The position numbers were made by a program, and so were the translations under genes. Below the pieces are notes generated by a model. It searched no databases and had not been told where the DNA came from. It worked only from the letters and a program-made list of their open reading frames with translations. From contig CM052818.1 in the NCBI GenBank assembly GCA_028534125.1, positions 41,604,001-41,668,000 on the forward strand: a stretch of 64,000 nucleotides of DNA, in the 5' to 3' direction. Of the stretch, positions 50,016 to 62,999 are shown in pieces (within the stretch, counting starts at the first letter, position 1; the number at the start of each line of letters is the position of its first letter). This stretch comes from Lama glama (Eukaryota).

Positions 50016-50424
50016 GGGAATAAATGTTACTGGAATCCTGATTCTATTCTTGTTTTAGAAGGAGATTCAGTAAGAAAACAAACAAACAAACAAAAAGCTT
50101 TGACGTACAGCCATGATGTCATAGAATTTCCCACAGTGATAAAATGGATGGTTTAGAAAAATTCAGTTAATGCACTTTGCCACATACCACCTAAAATTAC
50201 CATGCAATTACCAACTATCGGCTACCCAGCCTGACTGGGGAACCAGGTTTCTTATTGACCCAATAAATTTGTTAATTGAGAGCTGTTATAAAAGCTGTCC
50301 TGGAATTACCAGTGTTCAAGGCATTCACACACAGGAAAACACGCAGCCCTGAAATTACACAAAGCAAAATTGAATCTGCCTCTGGAAATTCAGAAGGCTT
50401 TTCAGTCTCTTTCATGATTTGAAA

Positions 50425-50620
50425 TTTGATTCCAGAGAATCAGCATTTGAATTCTGACTCAGCTACTTAGCTGTGTGACCTCTGGCCCAGCTTTACCTCT
50501 TTGACATCAGTTTCCTCATCTGTCAAGTGAGGATAATCATTTCTGTCCTGCAGAGCTGATGGGGTTAGTTTGGGTCGGGTAACATTGATGAAAGCCCATT
50601 GTATGTGACAGAGTATTAGG
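50425..50620 (+). mobile_element. MIR
   Basis: tacttagctgtgtgacctctgg...tcagtttcctcatctgtcaagtgaggataat. Confidence 0.85.
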
Positions 50621-51149
50621 GGATGACCGTTTGTATGGACGAGCATTGTTCGCCCATCACGGTCCCCTCCTGGGAAATGTTGCTCCCTGACCCTGACTGG
50701 TCCAGGAGAGCTTCATCTCCTTACAGATTCAGCGTCATCTTCCACCTTCGGCAAATTAGGGGTGGACATGCGACCCAGACTGGTCCAGTCAGTGCCTTGC
50801 CCCAGGCTTTTCAAACTGAAATGAAAGACAGACAGACAGACTCATTCCCTCTCTGACAATGACACTGAGCACTGAGAGGCCTAGGAGGACCAGCATGATT
50901 TTGGCCACATGGAGGCCAGCCCAGGCAGATGGAGTGCATTTATAAAGAGAGGCCAAGGAGAGAGGGGAAGAAAGTGCAGTCTGGCTGGGCAGTGCCAGAG
51001 CCCCAGGCTCCAGCTATCCCTGAGGACAGACCACTCTGCTCCTCTTTGCCTGAATAACTGAGGCAACAGGAGTCCTTGTCCAAGTGAAGTTAAACTGAGT
51101 CCTCTCCACCTACAAACAAAACATCGTCAGGGAAAGAGGCTCGTTGATA

Positions 51150-51270
51150 ATTTATCACTTATCCCTTCTTTGTAAGCTACAGGAAGACAGGGACATTTGT
51201 AAATTGCTTCACTGCTGTGGTCCCTGTGACTGCTCATCACAGGCACACAGTAGACATAAGTTGAATACAT
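51150..51270 (+). mobile_element. L2 3' end
   Basis: tgtaagctacaggaagacagggac...caggcacacagtagacat. Confidence 0.6.
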
Positions 51271-51549
51271 CATTCTATTACTATGATTATAATAAGCACC
51301 GGCATATATAAAACTCTACTTATGAGCAAGCAGAATTAGGCAGCTTTTAAAGAACAGCAATATCCTTCTCAGCGTCTTTCTGTTTCCACATAAAGCACAT
51401 ACATTTTCACAATTTGACATGGTGTCAATTAAAAGCAAATAATTCAGAACAGCATTAACAGGAATGTGGCAGGGGTCCCTAATTTTACACTCAATCTGTC
51501 CACAACCAAAGTTGTCTACTTACTGATTGCAATGTTAGAAACAGTGGGC

Positions 51550-51740
51550 AGTGGCGTTGGAAAGCCCAGGACAGAAGCCCAGCTTTGCGTATGGCACAGA
51601 CTTGGGGTTGAACTCTCAAATTCTCAGTTTCCACATCTGTAAATGGTTTGATAATTACATCATGATTTTTGCAAGGATTCAATTAGATAACACATGGCCT
51701 AGCACATAATAGGTGCCCAAGATATAAACTCTGTTATTTA
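51550..51740 (+). mobile_element. MIR
   Basis: ctcagtttccacatctgtaaatggtttgataat...ggcctagcacataataggtgcccaa. Confidence 0.75.
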
Positions 51741-53214
51741 TATCTTGTATGTTAGAGATGTAGACAGACGTATATGTGCATTTATAATGCGTAGTGTGTT
51801 ATCTTAAACGCCAACGGACTGAAACTTCTTCTAAGTGAGTTCTTGGGTATATATTAGATTCTACTCCTCATCCCATCATCATCATTCCAAGCCAAAAATG
51901 AACTTTGGAAGATTTCCTCAAACCACCTGAAACAGATTCTTCAATGTAATTTGCTTCCCAGAAAGCAAATCCATTGACTCACATCTTAACCATATCAGCC
52001 GAGGCTGTGGCTCCCAGCGGCTCCCGGAGAGTCCCCAGCAGAAGTGTCACTCTTAAGTGCCTTTTCACCCCCCAAAGCAGGACCCACATCCAGTCCCTGC
52101 AGTGGCCCCCGGCTGGGTCAGCACATCGGCTTCCCCACTCTTCTTCCCTAAAGTGCTGGGACGAGTCTCTGTGGAATTATCAGGGATCTGGCCAGCTTTG
52201 AAGAGCTGGTGGTTATCTTTACGGCTTCTGCTGGACTGAGCCTAAGTGTAAGAAAGGTCATGATCTGCTCTTCCAGTCTCCTGGAGGAGAGAAGAGAAGG
52301 AGACGGCCAGGAACTGCAGAAAGAGAGATTTTAAGTCGATAGATGAAGCAACTTCCCAGCCACACTGAGTGGCTTGCCAGCTGATTGCGCAGCGTTGTCC
52401 TCCGGGGTGAAGTGATTTTCACTCTCAGGGTTGCAAGATCTAATCGTGCTCTGACAAACCACAGCCCTGCTTTGGATCAAATGCATGAGATACCATTTGG
52501 GCCTCTGGCCCTCTGGAATCTTCATCTGAGTTTCCCTCCGGGGCTCCACACCACTGCCACTGCGAGTGTTTCAGGTGTGCTTGGCCCCCAGGAACTGGGA
52601 ATCAGGGCAAGTAGTTTATGTTCCCCATGGTGGGCTCTTCTAAGACACGGGCACCTGAAAATAATTTGATGCCTGAAGTAAACATATATTAATATTTTAT
52701 AACCACATATCCCTGTATGTTATGTGCATATGTATTAATGTCTCTATATAAAATTTTATATTATATTAAATCCGATTGGCATCAGACAGTAAGTTAGTGT
52801 ACAAAGCAAATGGTTAAAACCATTCGTTAAGTCTAGTCCAGTATCTATAATTGCTAGTATGATTATAAGGTCATAAATAGCTCTGCTATACATATTTATA
52901 TTGATATGTATATTAATCCTCTTACATATAAATACTCACACCTCTGAACATAAACGCAGACCAGTAACCTTATATCTAATTAGAACCTGAAAAGTTACAT
53001 CTGGTTTAAATTTTGAAGTTGATCTGATCAGTGCATTTATTTCAAAAACTTGTATAATAGACTATTATGATGTGAATTTAATCCTTTTAGGAAACAAAGT
53101 CTGCGGTGACTGTAAGGGAGATAAAATAGCTATTTCCTTCTTAAAATATGTTCATTTTTCACAAGTTCTGGGAACAAATGTCATGTGCATTTCCAAGACT
53201 TACTGTTCACCCAA

Positions 53215-53325
53215 ATAAAATAATAATAGTAATAATAATAATAATAATAATTTGTATTTAATACAAATATAATGTAAAATAATAACAATAAAATAATAAT
53301 TATTTTATCTTATTATTATTATTTT
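53215..53325. repeat. AT-rich (AAT)n/(TTA)n low-complexity tract
   Basis: Read directly from sequence. Confidence 0.85.
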
Positions 53326-53329
53326 TAAA

Positions 53330-53540
53330 GCTACGATTCAACATCTACTATATGCCAAGTACAATGTTGCATGTCATTTATAGAATATAAAGACATTATG
53401 TCTTTAAACCTCACCACAATCATGCCCGTTTAGCTACCGTCCCATTTTACAGATTATGAAATAGGTCCCAGGAAGAACATAGCTGTCTGACAATCTGGCT
53501 AGATTGGCTCTGAGATCTACCGAACACCAGAGCTTTGTGC
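53330..53540 (-). mobile_element. MIR
   Basis: catctactatatgccaagtac...aaacctcaccacaatc...cccattttacagattatgaaa. Confidence 0.75.
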
Positions 53541-55499
53541 TTCCACCACACCACCCACCACCTCTCTGTCATGAACTGAAGGCAGAAGACTGGCCACTGC
53601 TCCCCTGTGGCCCGTCCCTGCCTGGTCTGTGTCCCCAGGGTTGTCCACAGGAAGACAGCGATGATGGGGACAGAGGCCCTGGTAATTTCCGTGGCTGCCC
53701 CAGACTTGAGGTGTTAGGAACACGAAGCAAACTCACACACTGACCTGGAGAAACTGCCGACTTCGGTCATTTCAGGAATAACCTCCGAATATCCAGGAAA
53801 GCATGAGAATGAGATGGGGAAAAAGTAGAAAGTAGTAATTGAATCTCCTGATGGTCATAACACCCTTTGTTTAGGAAGTGGTTCTTTAAGTAACCAAAAA
53901 CGCCCAGCTGAACACATTTTCCGAGTGGTCAGATTGTGTTGTGAGCCCAAGCTCTATTTTTATCTCTCTGCTTTCAACTCTCACCAAAATCAGAAAAGCA
54001 AGCCTTCTTTGTTGCTAACCGTGTGCACATCTGGCTATGAGAGGCTGCTTTCCAAAACCCTACTTCCTCAACCAACTTCTGCTCCAAGGCCTCAGCCCCC
54101 ACCACAGAAACAGAGGAGGGCAGGAATAGGGGATCTGAAAGCAGGCGCCGTCCATCCAGGGGGGTCTGAGCCCCCAGCCTCCGGCTCGTCTTGTTCCCTC
54201 CTTCCATCCTTAGCAAGACCTCTCGGAGACCTGCTGTCTCCTGGAGACCAGGCATGACAGGAAATGGAGGTGCCCGAAAGCCGGCCCCGAGAGCTCACAG
54301 TCTTGTGGGAAAAGCAGACACAGAAGTAGATGTGTGGTCACTGCCACAGCACGGTGAGGGCCACCTTAGGGATAAAATGGCCCTAAGAAGAAGCCTCCAG
54401 CCCACTGTGAGCCGGTCTGCTTGTAGAGGGGAAGTGACAGGAGTCCATGCCAACCCATGGGCTGCTCTCCAGGACTCCATACACTGCAGTGACTAGTTCT
54501 GAAGGCCCCCAAACCAAGTAGCCACAACTTCATGGGGTGGAAGACAGAAAGCAAGGGGTCCCATTCATCCTGCACCACCCATCCCAAGTGCAAATTCTTT
54601 GTTTTCATAGATGTAACTTCCCTTCCTTGGAACTCCATAGTCCTTCTCCTTGCATGCCTCTCCTGTGACATACATCATTAACTCCAGCCTTCTTGTGGCA
54701 CTTCCTTTGCCCACAGAATTTCCAGCCAGGGACTGAAGTGGGAAATGTAATTCAGTTCATCGATCCAGCAAACCTTCACTGCACACACGCACTGAGCAAG
54801 ATGCCTTGGGAAGAGTTGGTTCCATGACGGGGCGGGCACCTTTCCAGCTGCCAGCAGCCACCAGCCTGCCCTGTGCACTCAGAGCCTCTCCCCCTAAATC
54901 TCTCATCCTGCCACCTTGCCCCATTTCCTCCTCCCTTCATCTCACCTCCTTCCTCAGGGACCCCAAAGAATCTGGAAAATGAAAACAGATGATCCTGAAA
55001 AGACTGCTGGAAAAATTCATGTCCCGGCAGGAAAAAAAGAGGAGGCCAGACCTCTGGTGCTGGACCCTGCTCATTCCAGCTCAGCTCAGAAATAGACACG
55101 AAAATAACAAAGATAACAGTAACCTCGCAGCTTTGATGTTCTCCAGCATCTCTCCCTCTCTGCCCTCTATCTGCCTTTCACATTAGCTCCTTTTTACAGA
55201 TGGGAGATTCTTGCTCAAGGCCACAGAGAATGTCAGCCACGGGCCTGAGCGTGTTCCTCCTCCTTCTCAGGCCTCAGCGTCCTCGCCCTTCATAGGAGGG
55301 GAGTTCGCCTTCCCATGTGCGCTGCTGCTCTGCTGTCCTGTGACCTCCAGGGTGTGGAGAGGTCCTACTCTAATATTGTCTGCCTCTCCCGCCGAGCCTG
55401 GCGGGTACAGACCTGCCCCTTCTCTCTTCCAGGCCTGGGCCATTCCAGAGATGCTTCTGCCACAGGCTGGCTTGGGGGCTCCACGGGCGTTTCCGTACC

Positions 55500-56010
55500 T
55501 GGGTGTGTGCAAGTGAGTGCACGTGATGTGTCTATTCATGGGGGCCCCGAGGGAGTGTGCAAATGGCTGTGTGTGTGTCTGTTTATGTGCACAGTCCAGT
55601 GCTGGGGTGTTTCCTTTCTTTGTAACAAATAGTGCAGGGATGCGTGTGTGTCTGCCCATGCTCACAGGCGAGCGAGTGTATACATCCCTGTGTTGTGTGT
55701 GTAGATGTCTCTGAGAAATGTGTGCCGATATCTTTGTTGTGCTCTGGTGGTGCGTATATGTGTATTTATCCCTATAGTGTGAGTGTGTGTTATTCTCTGT
55801 GATATGTGAGTGTGTAGATGTCCCTGTGGCATGTGTGTGTGTGTGTGTGTGTAAATGTCCTGTGACATGTGTGCACCTAGATGGATGGGTGGATAGATGT
55901 CTCCAAGATACATGTGCATGGAGATGTTTCTGTGGTACACGTGTTATTTGTGTGTAGCTATGTGTCATGTGGGCGTGTGGGCGTGTGTGTGTGTGCACGT
56001 GTGTGTGTTC
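55500..56010. repeat. TG-rich low-complexity / degenerate minisatellite
   Basis: Recurrent (TG)n runs and a repeated gtagatgtc(c/t)ctgtg-like unit. Confidence 0.85.
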
Positions 56011-56469
56011 TTGTGCTGATTACTACTGACCTGGCTTTTCCATGAGCCGAGCTGACACAGCACAATGCCGAGCGCAGCTCAGGAGAGGAACAGGGCACCC
56101 ACCTCACCCCGCCAGGAGGAGAAGCAGAGCGGCCGCTGTGTGTTTCCCGGCAGCAGAGGTTCCCCAGCCCCGGCAACCCCCCGGCCCCAGAGAGAGCTGT
56201 CGGGGAGAGCAGGGCCAGGGGTAGACAAAGATGTTCACAGTAAAGGGGTCCTGATGCCCTTCTGAGGGGTCCAGATCTGACAGGTGGGCTGGTCTAAGAG
56301 TCTGAAAAAGCGAGGTTTGCTCTGAAGGATGGAGGAGGGCAAAGCGGGAAGGGAGAGCAGCGGGAGAGGGTGCTCCAGGCAGAGCTGGAGGTAGAGGCCC
56401 CCAAGGCCTCCAGGGTTAGAGCACAACCCTATGTACATACATGTGGTGTGTGCATGGTGGGGGGGTGTG

Positions 56470-56488
56470 CACACACACACACACACAC
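56470..56488. repeat. (CA)9 microsatellite
   Basis: Read directly from sequence. Confidence 0.9.
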
Positions 56489-56619
56489 TCACAGGTCCAC
56501 GCACTTTCAGCTCTTTCTCACCCACTTCCAGCTTCCTCAGCAGTGCAAACCTTCACCTTCCGGCAGGTGGGGAATCTTCAGCCCCTTCCCTGCTCCTCCC
56601 CAGGGTCCCTCCGCCCAGC

Positions 56620-57380
56620 AGGTGACACCCTGTGACTTCCCAGGCTGCCCTGGCCGCCGCTGCACCACGTGGGTGAGAACGCCGAGGCCCGGCGACTGTC
56701 AGAAACCACGCGGCTTCTCCAGGCAGACGGGCCTTTGTTCCAGGCCACTTGAAACGCTTTTATCTGTAGGTTTGCCTTGAACAAAATCCTGTTCAAATGG
56801 TCTAAAACCTGACGATAAACCCAACCTTTCAGATTACAGTTTAAACTTGACTGCCCCACCGGGAAGGAGAAAAAGCAGAATTCCTGTGCGTTTCAGAAAA
56901 CCTCTCTGAATGATCCCTTGAGCCTCCCCACAGGGCTCCCGCCCCTAATGGATGCTTTGATGACAGCAGATAAAGGCCAAAGGTACTTTTATTCTCTCAG
57001 AAATGGCTCCAAATAAACAACCTTGATGATTAAAGCAATAGAAATCCCCGGAAGATTGATGGCTTGGAAAATGCTGCTGAGTGAATGAATAACTTCCCCC
57101 TTTATTTCCAAGAGCTAATATTTGTCCACATTTGCTGCCTTGTAGAAAAAAAAGTGCCACCTTCTTTTTGTGCTGAGTGTTGGTCAGAGACAAACAGTCA
57201 CCATCCAGTTATCACTTGAACTTTAAACCAAGCCATTGGTGAGCGACTGAGGCCACAGTCAGCGTTCACCAACCCGGGACCGGGCTCAGACACGGGGCCA
57301 GCGCCGGGGAAGGCCATTCCTGTGGATGGACTTTTAGATGGAGCCGGCCACTGAAAGGCCTTCTGAAGGCCTTAAAATGC
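56620..57380. promoter_or_regulatory. Candidate enhancer / conserved non-coding element
   Basis: No repeat recognised, CpG-rich flanks, TCF/MEIS/GATA/FOX/PBX-HOX-like motifs. Inference only. Confidence 0.4.
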
Positions 57381-57799
57381 TCCTTCGCATTTTCTGCTGT
57401 CCCAGTGTCTCCAGGAAAAGTCTTGAAACTTTTCTCAATTCCAGGCTCATTCTGTTGTCTAAACCAAACCTCCCAGGAAGGCCAAGAAGTAGCCTTCAGC
57501 AAGGGATGGTGCTCTTCTGCCCTGGCCAACCTGAGGATGGTGCTCCCCAACCACACGGCCAGGACTCTGAGGAGGTGTCTGTTGATGGCTGGACTGCAGC
57601 CTTCATGGGTGGTGGCTGAGCAGCGAGGGTTGTGATCATCCCAGCACCCGTGCCATCAGGGGCTCTGGAAAGAATCTGGTTTATACAGCACTGCAAGAAA
57701 TATGAGGCATGGCATATGGTTAAGCTACCAAAAGGCTGAGGCAGAGGCCCGCTCAAATATACACGGGACTCACAGTCGCCTTCATCCCGTACTTGGGTG

Positions 57800-59350
57800 A
57801 TAAACATCGAATCTCCTAAACTAGCTATTCAGCTTCCAAGCAATCTCCTCCCCTCATGGATCTTAACTTTTGGATCTCGGGGTTTCTCTCCACCTCAAGT
57901 GCAGCCCTCAACCTGAATGACCTCAACAACACGCAATCTTCTGGTTCCTTGATCAGCTCAGTTCTGACCACCTTCCCTTCGACCCTAGCTCAGCCATCCA
58001 TTCTCATGATGTCACCTGGAAGCTCACCATTACCTGGAACTGTGCCAGCTCTGAAACCATAAATGTAGATGGTCTGCCTCTGACCCCTATCTCCTAAATC
58101 CTTTCAGCCTTTTCTCGGTTCTTCCCCCTACGTCATCCGTCCACTTATCTGCCTTCATTGGGATCTCTGTTCCTTAGCCCCTTTAACTTCCCCCTACCCA
58201 TCAGCTGGTCCTGAATTCACTTGCTCTTTCTTCAAACTCCTCTGCAAACATCAAAACCCTGGACCCAGCCTGCCCACCATGCTCTCTGTACCCACACCCA
58301 CAATGCATTGCCTGAGGGCAGAAAATGCAGGTTTCCCTCATTGCAAACTGCAGCCTCTCTCCCCAACCGGGTCTGCAATGCTACCGGAAGTCCTTCTGCA
58401 CTTCCGGCACTGAGTTCACGTCCATTTCCACAGCCCATATTAAATACCCTCACTCCCCAAGACCCACCACCTCATAAGCTTACCCTGTCTTAATTTGCAA
58501 AGGCCACTCACAGAGTCATACACAAATTAGAGACCACTGGAAAGAAAATCCTACACTGACTTACCAAACTGCCTACCAGCTTACCTACATCTCTAGTCCT
58601 TCTGGTCTCCCTCAGGTCCTATTAGAAGACAGAGAGCTCTCCTGTCTAAGGCCAGGCCTTTCAGTCTTATCACTTCTTTGAATCGGCTCCTGCCAGAGTC
58701 ACTAGGAGCTTCCTTGTTGCAGAGCCATGAATTATGCTACGTCATCTTCTCTTCCATTGCTGTGTTCAAAAGTCCTTACTCTCTCTCTTCTGATTCTATA
58801 TTCCCACACTGGCCAGTTCCCTGTCTCCAACCTGTGTGATGACCCTTCTCATGACTCCTCCACCCGTGCCCTTATTTAGATGGCTGTGTTTTGGGAGGAT
58901 CCGTGTTACCTTTTTGAATACACTCTTTCTGAGCATTTTCATCCATTCCAGGGTGTCACTGAACATGTCTGTGCTGAAGCTGCAAGTATTTGTTTCCAAC
59001 TCCAGAGTTCCTCCTGGGGTTTGAGTGCTTTGCCCTGATTGCCTCCCCAGCACCTCTACATGGATACCCCTCAGGTGCCGCACATCTGTATGGTCAGAGC
59101 TAAGCTGACATAGTCCCCACCCTAAGCCTGAGTCTCTCCCTGAGTGGCCATGGCCTTCCTGGTTTCCAAAGCCAGCAGCCCGGGCATAATCCTTGACCTC
59201 ATCCCCTCCCGAGGTCATCAGAGTCATCCAGGCACCTCTCTCTTGCCTATGCCAGTGTCCTCTTCTGTTCTCTGAGAACCGTGAGAGCAAGGACATATCT
59301 GAGTCCTCTGGGCACTTCCTAGGCTCTCAGTAAATGCTGACTTAATGAGT
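57800..59350 (+). mobile_element. L2 (internal ORF2-derived fragments and 3' end)
   Basis: C/T-rich degenerate L2 (ctcagccatccattctcatgatgtcacctgg..., ccattccagggtgtc...gcacctctacatggatacccctcagg), ending ggcacttcctaggctctcagtaaatgctgac. Confidence 0.7.
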
Positions 59351-59500
59351 GGTCAATTCTCCAAGGCAAGTGTTGTCACCGTGTCACAGATGACTGAGGC
59401 TCAGAAAAGTGAAACAATTTAACCAAATTCATACGGTAAGCATGCGGAGCCAACATTGGAACCTAGATCTGTCTGAATCCAGAATCCAAGCTCTTTTGTG
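59350..59500 (-). mobile_element. MIR
   Basis: acagatgactgaggctcagaaaagtgaaacaattt...ggaacctagatctgtctgaatccagaatccaagctctt. Confidence 0.8.
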
Positions 59501-60199
59501 TTTGTCCTATGTCAGATTTGGGTATGTGGCCTTTTCCTGGGCCAACATTCTGCCCACATTTACAGAAAATTGAACGCTAAGCATAGAGCACATTTGCATT
59601 GTGGATTGAACTTGGAAACAAACGTTCACTTACTCTCTCAGGCTTTTAAATTCCATTTGGCCTCTGTGATGATTTCTGACAGATGGGGTCCAAGGCCTCC
59701 CATATCAGTGGGCAAGACAGGTTGTCTGCATACAAATCCCTAAATAGCAGTTGGACCTGAGGGCATAGTGACAAATGCCCACAGTGAAGGCAGAGAGGAT
59801 AAAGCCAGGACTCAGTGGGTAGAAAACAAGCAGCCTGCTCCCAAATTTCACCAGGGAAATTCTGGGAAAAGAGGTAACATTAAATCCCACTGGGAGCCTC
59901 ACTTGTCCACATTCAACTATTTCCCATCAATATGACCATGCAGGGGCTTGGTGTTTCCTGTCACAAGTTCACAACTAGTGCCACAGTCATGACTCAAATA
60001 ATGCTTCTACATAAGCCAAGCAGATGCAGACACATGGAAGCCGTGTCCTCAGATTTGACCCAAACACAGAGTCTCCTTGTGGAGCTTATTAAGATGCAGA
60101 GATTCTGGCCTTCCCTACAAAGCTGCCCACTCTGTAGGCAACAGCCCCTTTTCTACCGTGGAAGGACATCTTCTCCCTCTAGGCCTTTGGCTTGTGTTT

Positions 60200-60490
60200 T
60201 CCGACCATAGTGGTCTGTTAATTTCCCACCCCTCCCACCTGCGCCTTCAATCATCTGTCTATCACTCTCTTCTCAGATTAGATTACATGTTCAAGCCTCT
60301 TCTGTACTAAAACATAACCTCTCTTGATACTGTCCCCTCCTGGTCATGGTGCCATCTTGCTTCTGTTCACATCCGAACTTCTCGAAAGGATATTCTGTTC
60401 TCTCTCCATTCCTACCTCTTATTCACTTCTCAACCCATCTCGATCTGGCGTCTAGTTATCTTCAAGTCTAGAGTGCTCCTAAGTGACTGA
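60200..60490 (+). mobile_element. L2 fragment
   Basis: ctgttcacatccgaacttctcgaaagg...ttcacttctcaacccatctcgatctggc. Confidence 0.55.
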
Positions 60491-61369
60491 AATCAGAACA
60501 AGACCTTCTGAATTGCTTTTTTTCTGCAAGACTATATAGTGACAACATTTTCTTAAGCCACCTCCTCAATGCCAGCCTCTTAGCCATACCCTCACCAAAT
60601 GGTTGTCAGCCTCCAGTCTGGGATCCTTCCAACGAAGCCGAGTTCTGGTCCAGACTGGGATTCTGATGAACATCTCAGTATGTCGGATATAATGTCCCCC
60701 AAACGTTAGCAACCAGGGTCATCACAGCATCCTCTTTAGTCCCTTGGAAAGGGGGGGCTGTTGCTGATAATCCGTCTGCTGTAGAGACCAACAAGAGCAC
60801 GGTCAGGGAGAAAGCGTGGAGGCAGAAGCCCCTGATGGCGGCTGAGGGACCCCCATGGAAGCATGTGTCCTCATGCTGACTACTTCTTCGCTGCAGCAGT
60901 TGATTAAAATGTGTTGGGCTATTTAAATGGTTGCTAACTTCATGACTAAAGTGTCAAACCTAATTTTTTGGAACTTTAGAAAATATATTTGAAAAGCTCT
61001 TTAAATGGAAACTTTTTTTCTGCCAAGTTCCCCCATAGCACACATTTTTTACAGCCCTTATAATTCCTTGAAAAAACTCAATGTATAATAGAAGTGCTGA
61101 CAGATCCTGGACCACAGCAGCCCGTCTAACAGCTCAGCTGTATTTATTTTTCATTACACTTGACTCTAATTGGTACCGATTTAACTGTGGCTCATACCAG
61201 CAAGAACCTTTTAACTCAAACATCAGCCCAGAAAAATTGACTTATTTTCCTCCCATATCTTGGCTCTTAATATTAGCAACTGCCCATATTTCTCTTCTTT
61301 CAAACTATCTATGTTTATTGAGGGGCGGTTAGATTCATTTTTCAAGAGCCTGCAATTTGAAATAAAATA

Positions 61370-61580
61370 GACCTATATTTTAACCCAGGCTCCTCTGTCC
61401 AGTGACCTTTGGAAAGTCATTTAAACCCTGTGAACCTTAGTTTCTTCACCTATAAGTGGAAACTATAATTCTTATCTTGCAGAGTAGTGATGTGTATCTT
61501 GTAGAAGGTTTCACAGAAGGTAGGCAATGCATCTCTCAGAGTTCCTGGAACATCATAGAAGTTTGATACTTGATATTATT
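61370..61580 (+). mobile_element. MIR
   Basis: gtgacctttggaaagtcatttaaaccctgtgaaccttagtttcttcacctataagtgg. Confidence 0.8.
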
Positions 61581-62289
61581 TCCTACGTATTATGTATTTA
61601 TCAATATCATAACTAATGGCGGGAATGTTTTACTCAGAGAAAGAACCTCCTGCTCTGATTAGTCCATGTGGAATTTCCTCTACCACGAGGAGTTGCAAAA
61701 CCACTAATTCACACATAGAAAACTCTTTCACAAGCCCACACAAACCAGGCCTTTTTCATTAAAAAGGCAGCCGTCTGGGACAAGACATGACAATGAGTTT
61801 CAAGGCTGCCTGGATCTTCCCAGCTGCCCTGAGATGCTCTTGGGTGTGGGAATTCTTCAAATGACTTTCAAGTGGCCTCCTTAGAGTTGCTGACAGGTCC
61901 AATCAAACTCTCTTCTCCGGGGCCCTAAGATGAAAGGCAGTGGCAGAGGTGTCTGAGAAATAAAAAAGGTGTCCTCCAGGCTTGAGGAAAGTCTCTTGGA
62001 ACAGAGCGACACGCAGTCCAAGCTCTTGAATTCTCTGAGGTGCACATCCTCAAAGGAGACAACGTTAACAAGAAGAGTGCCTGCTCATCTGGATAAAGCC
62101 ACTCTGGAATTTCGGCTGGAAGGCCTTCAGCAGCAGCAAAGACTCCATTGAGGGAATTCAGTGTGGTCTTACTCTACAAACCCACCTGGATTTACATTGG
62201 GGGTAGAAGGAAAGAATTTTCTCATTAATTGCTATGAAAAAGGGGCTTTATATAGGTGACCATGACCAAAGCTCACAGCGACCTTTCAA

Positions 62290-62420
62290 AGCCCAGATGA
62301 TTATTGTTATTTTGCAGCTAAGGATGTGAAACTTGGAGAGGTGACGTGGCTTACTAAGGCCACACTGGGCTGAAGGGGCCAGCATTTGAACTTACATCTT
62401 TAGGACTCTTGACCACAGCC
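62290..62420 (-). mobile_element. MIR
   Basis: attttgcagctaaggatgtgaaacttggagaggtgacgtggcttactaaggccacac. Confidence 0.7.
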
Positions 62421-62999
62421 CCAACAATGGCAGAATCAAAAGAATCAAAGAGCTCATACTAAATCTTATTTTACTGCCCCAGACATTTTCATAGCAAAAA
62501 TAGAAATTTTAAAATAAAAACTAGAACTACACAGAGCCCTACGACTTTATGAAACTACCTCTTTTTACTTTTCCATGCTTCCTTCATCCTGGGCAGAGGC
62601 AGAACTGTCATTGTGCAGGTGGGGATTTCAGTGTAGATACACAAAGCATGTGCTGTATGCAGTAGCTCTTAGATCCACATGGTATATGACAGTATTGGGC
62701 AGCATATAGTGGTTGAGATGACAAGTAGACTTTGGGGTTCTTTAACAAGGCAGAAATGATGTGCTGGTTATGCAGCATACAGATGTACAAAGAGTGTTAA
62801 AAAAAAAAAAGAGGCAGTCCAGTGTGACCCGTCAGCTTGACAGTGGAGATCCTAGGAGCCTGAGTGCCATCCCATCCAACTGGCCACAGCATTTGAGTCT
62901 GAGAGTCCCTGGGTTTGGGTACAGACAGGAGAGACACACAGAAGTGATGGAGCGCCTCTTCAAGCTAAACCCAACACAGTGAGTGACCTTTTGCTTTTA

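Noticed and set aside
55267..55998. Longest ORF (243 aa, minus strand, His/Thr-rich)
   Set aside because: It is the translation of a (CA)n-rich low-complexity strand that lacks stops for compositional reasons; no protein family resemblance
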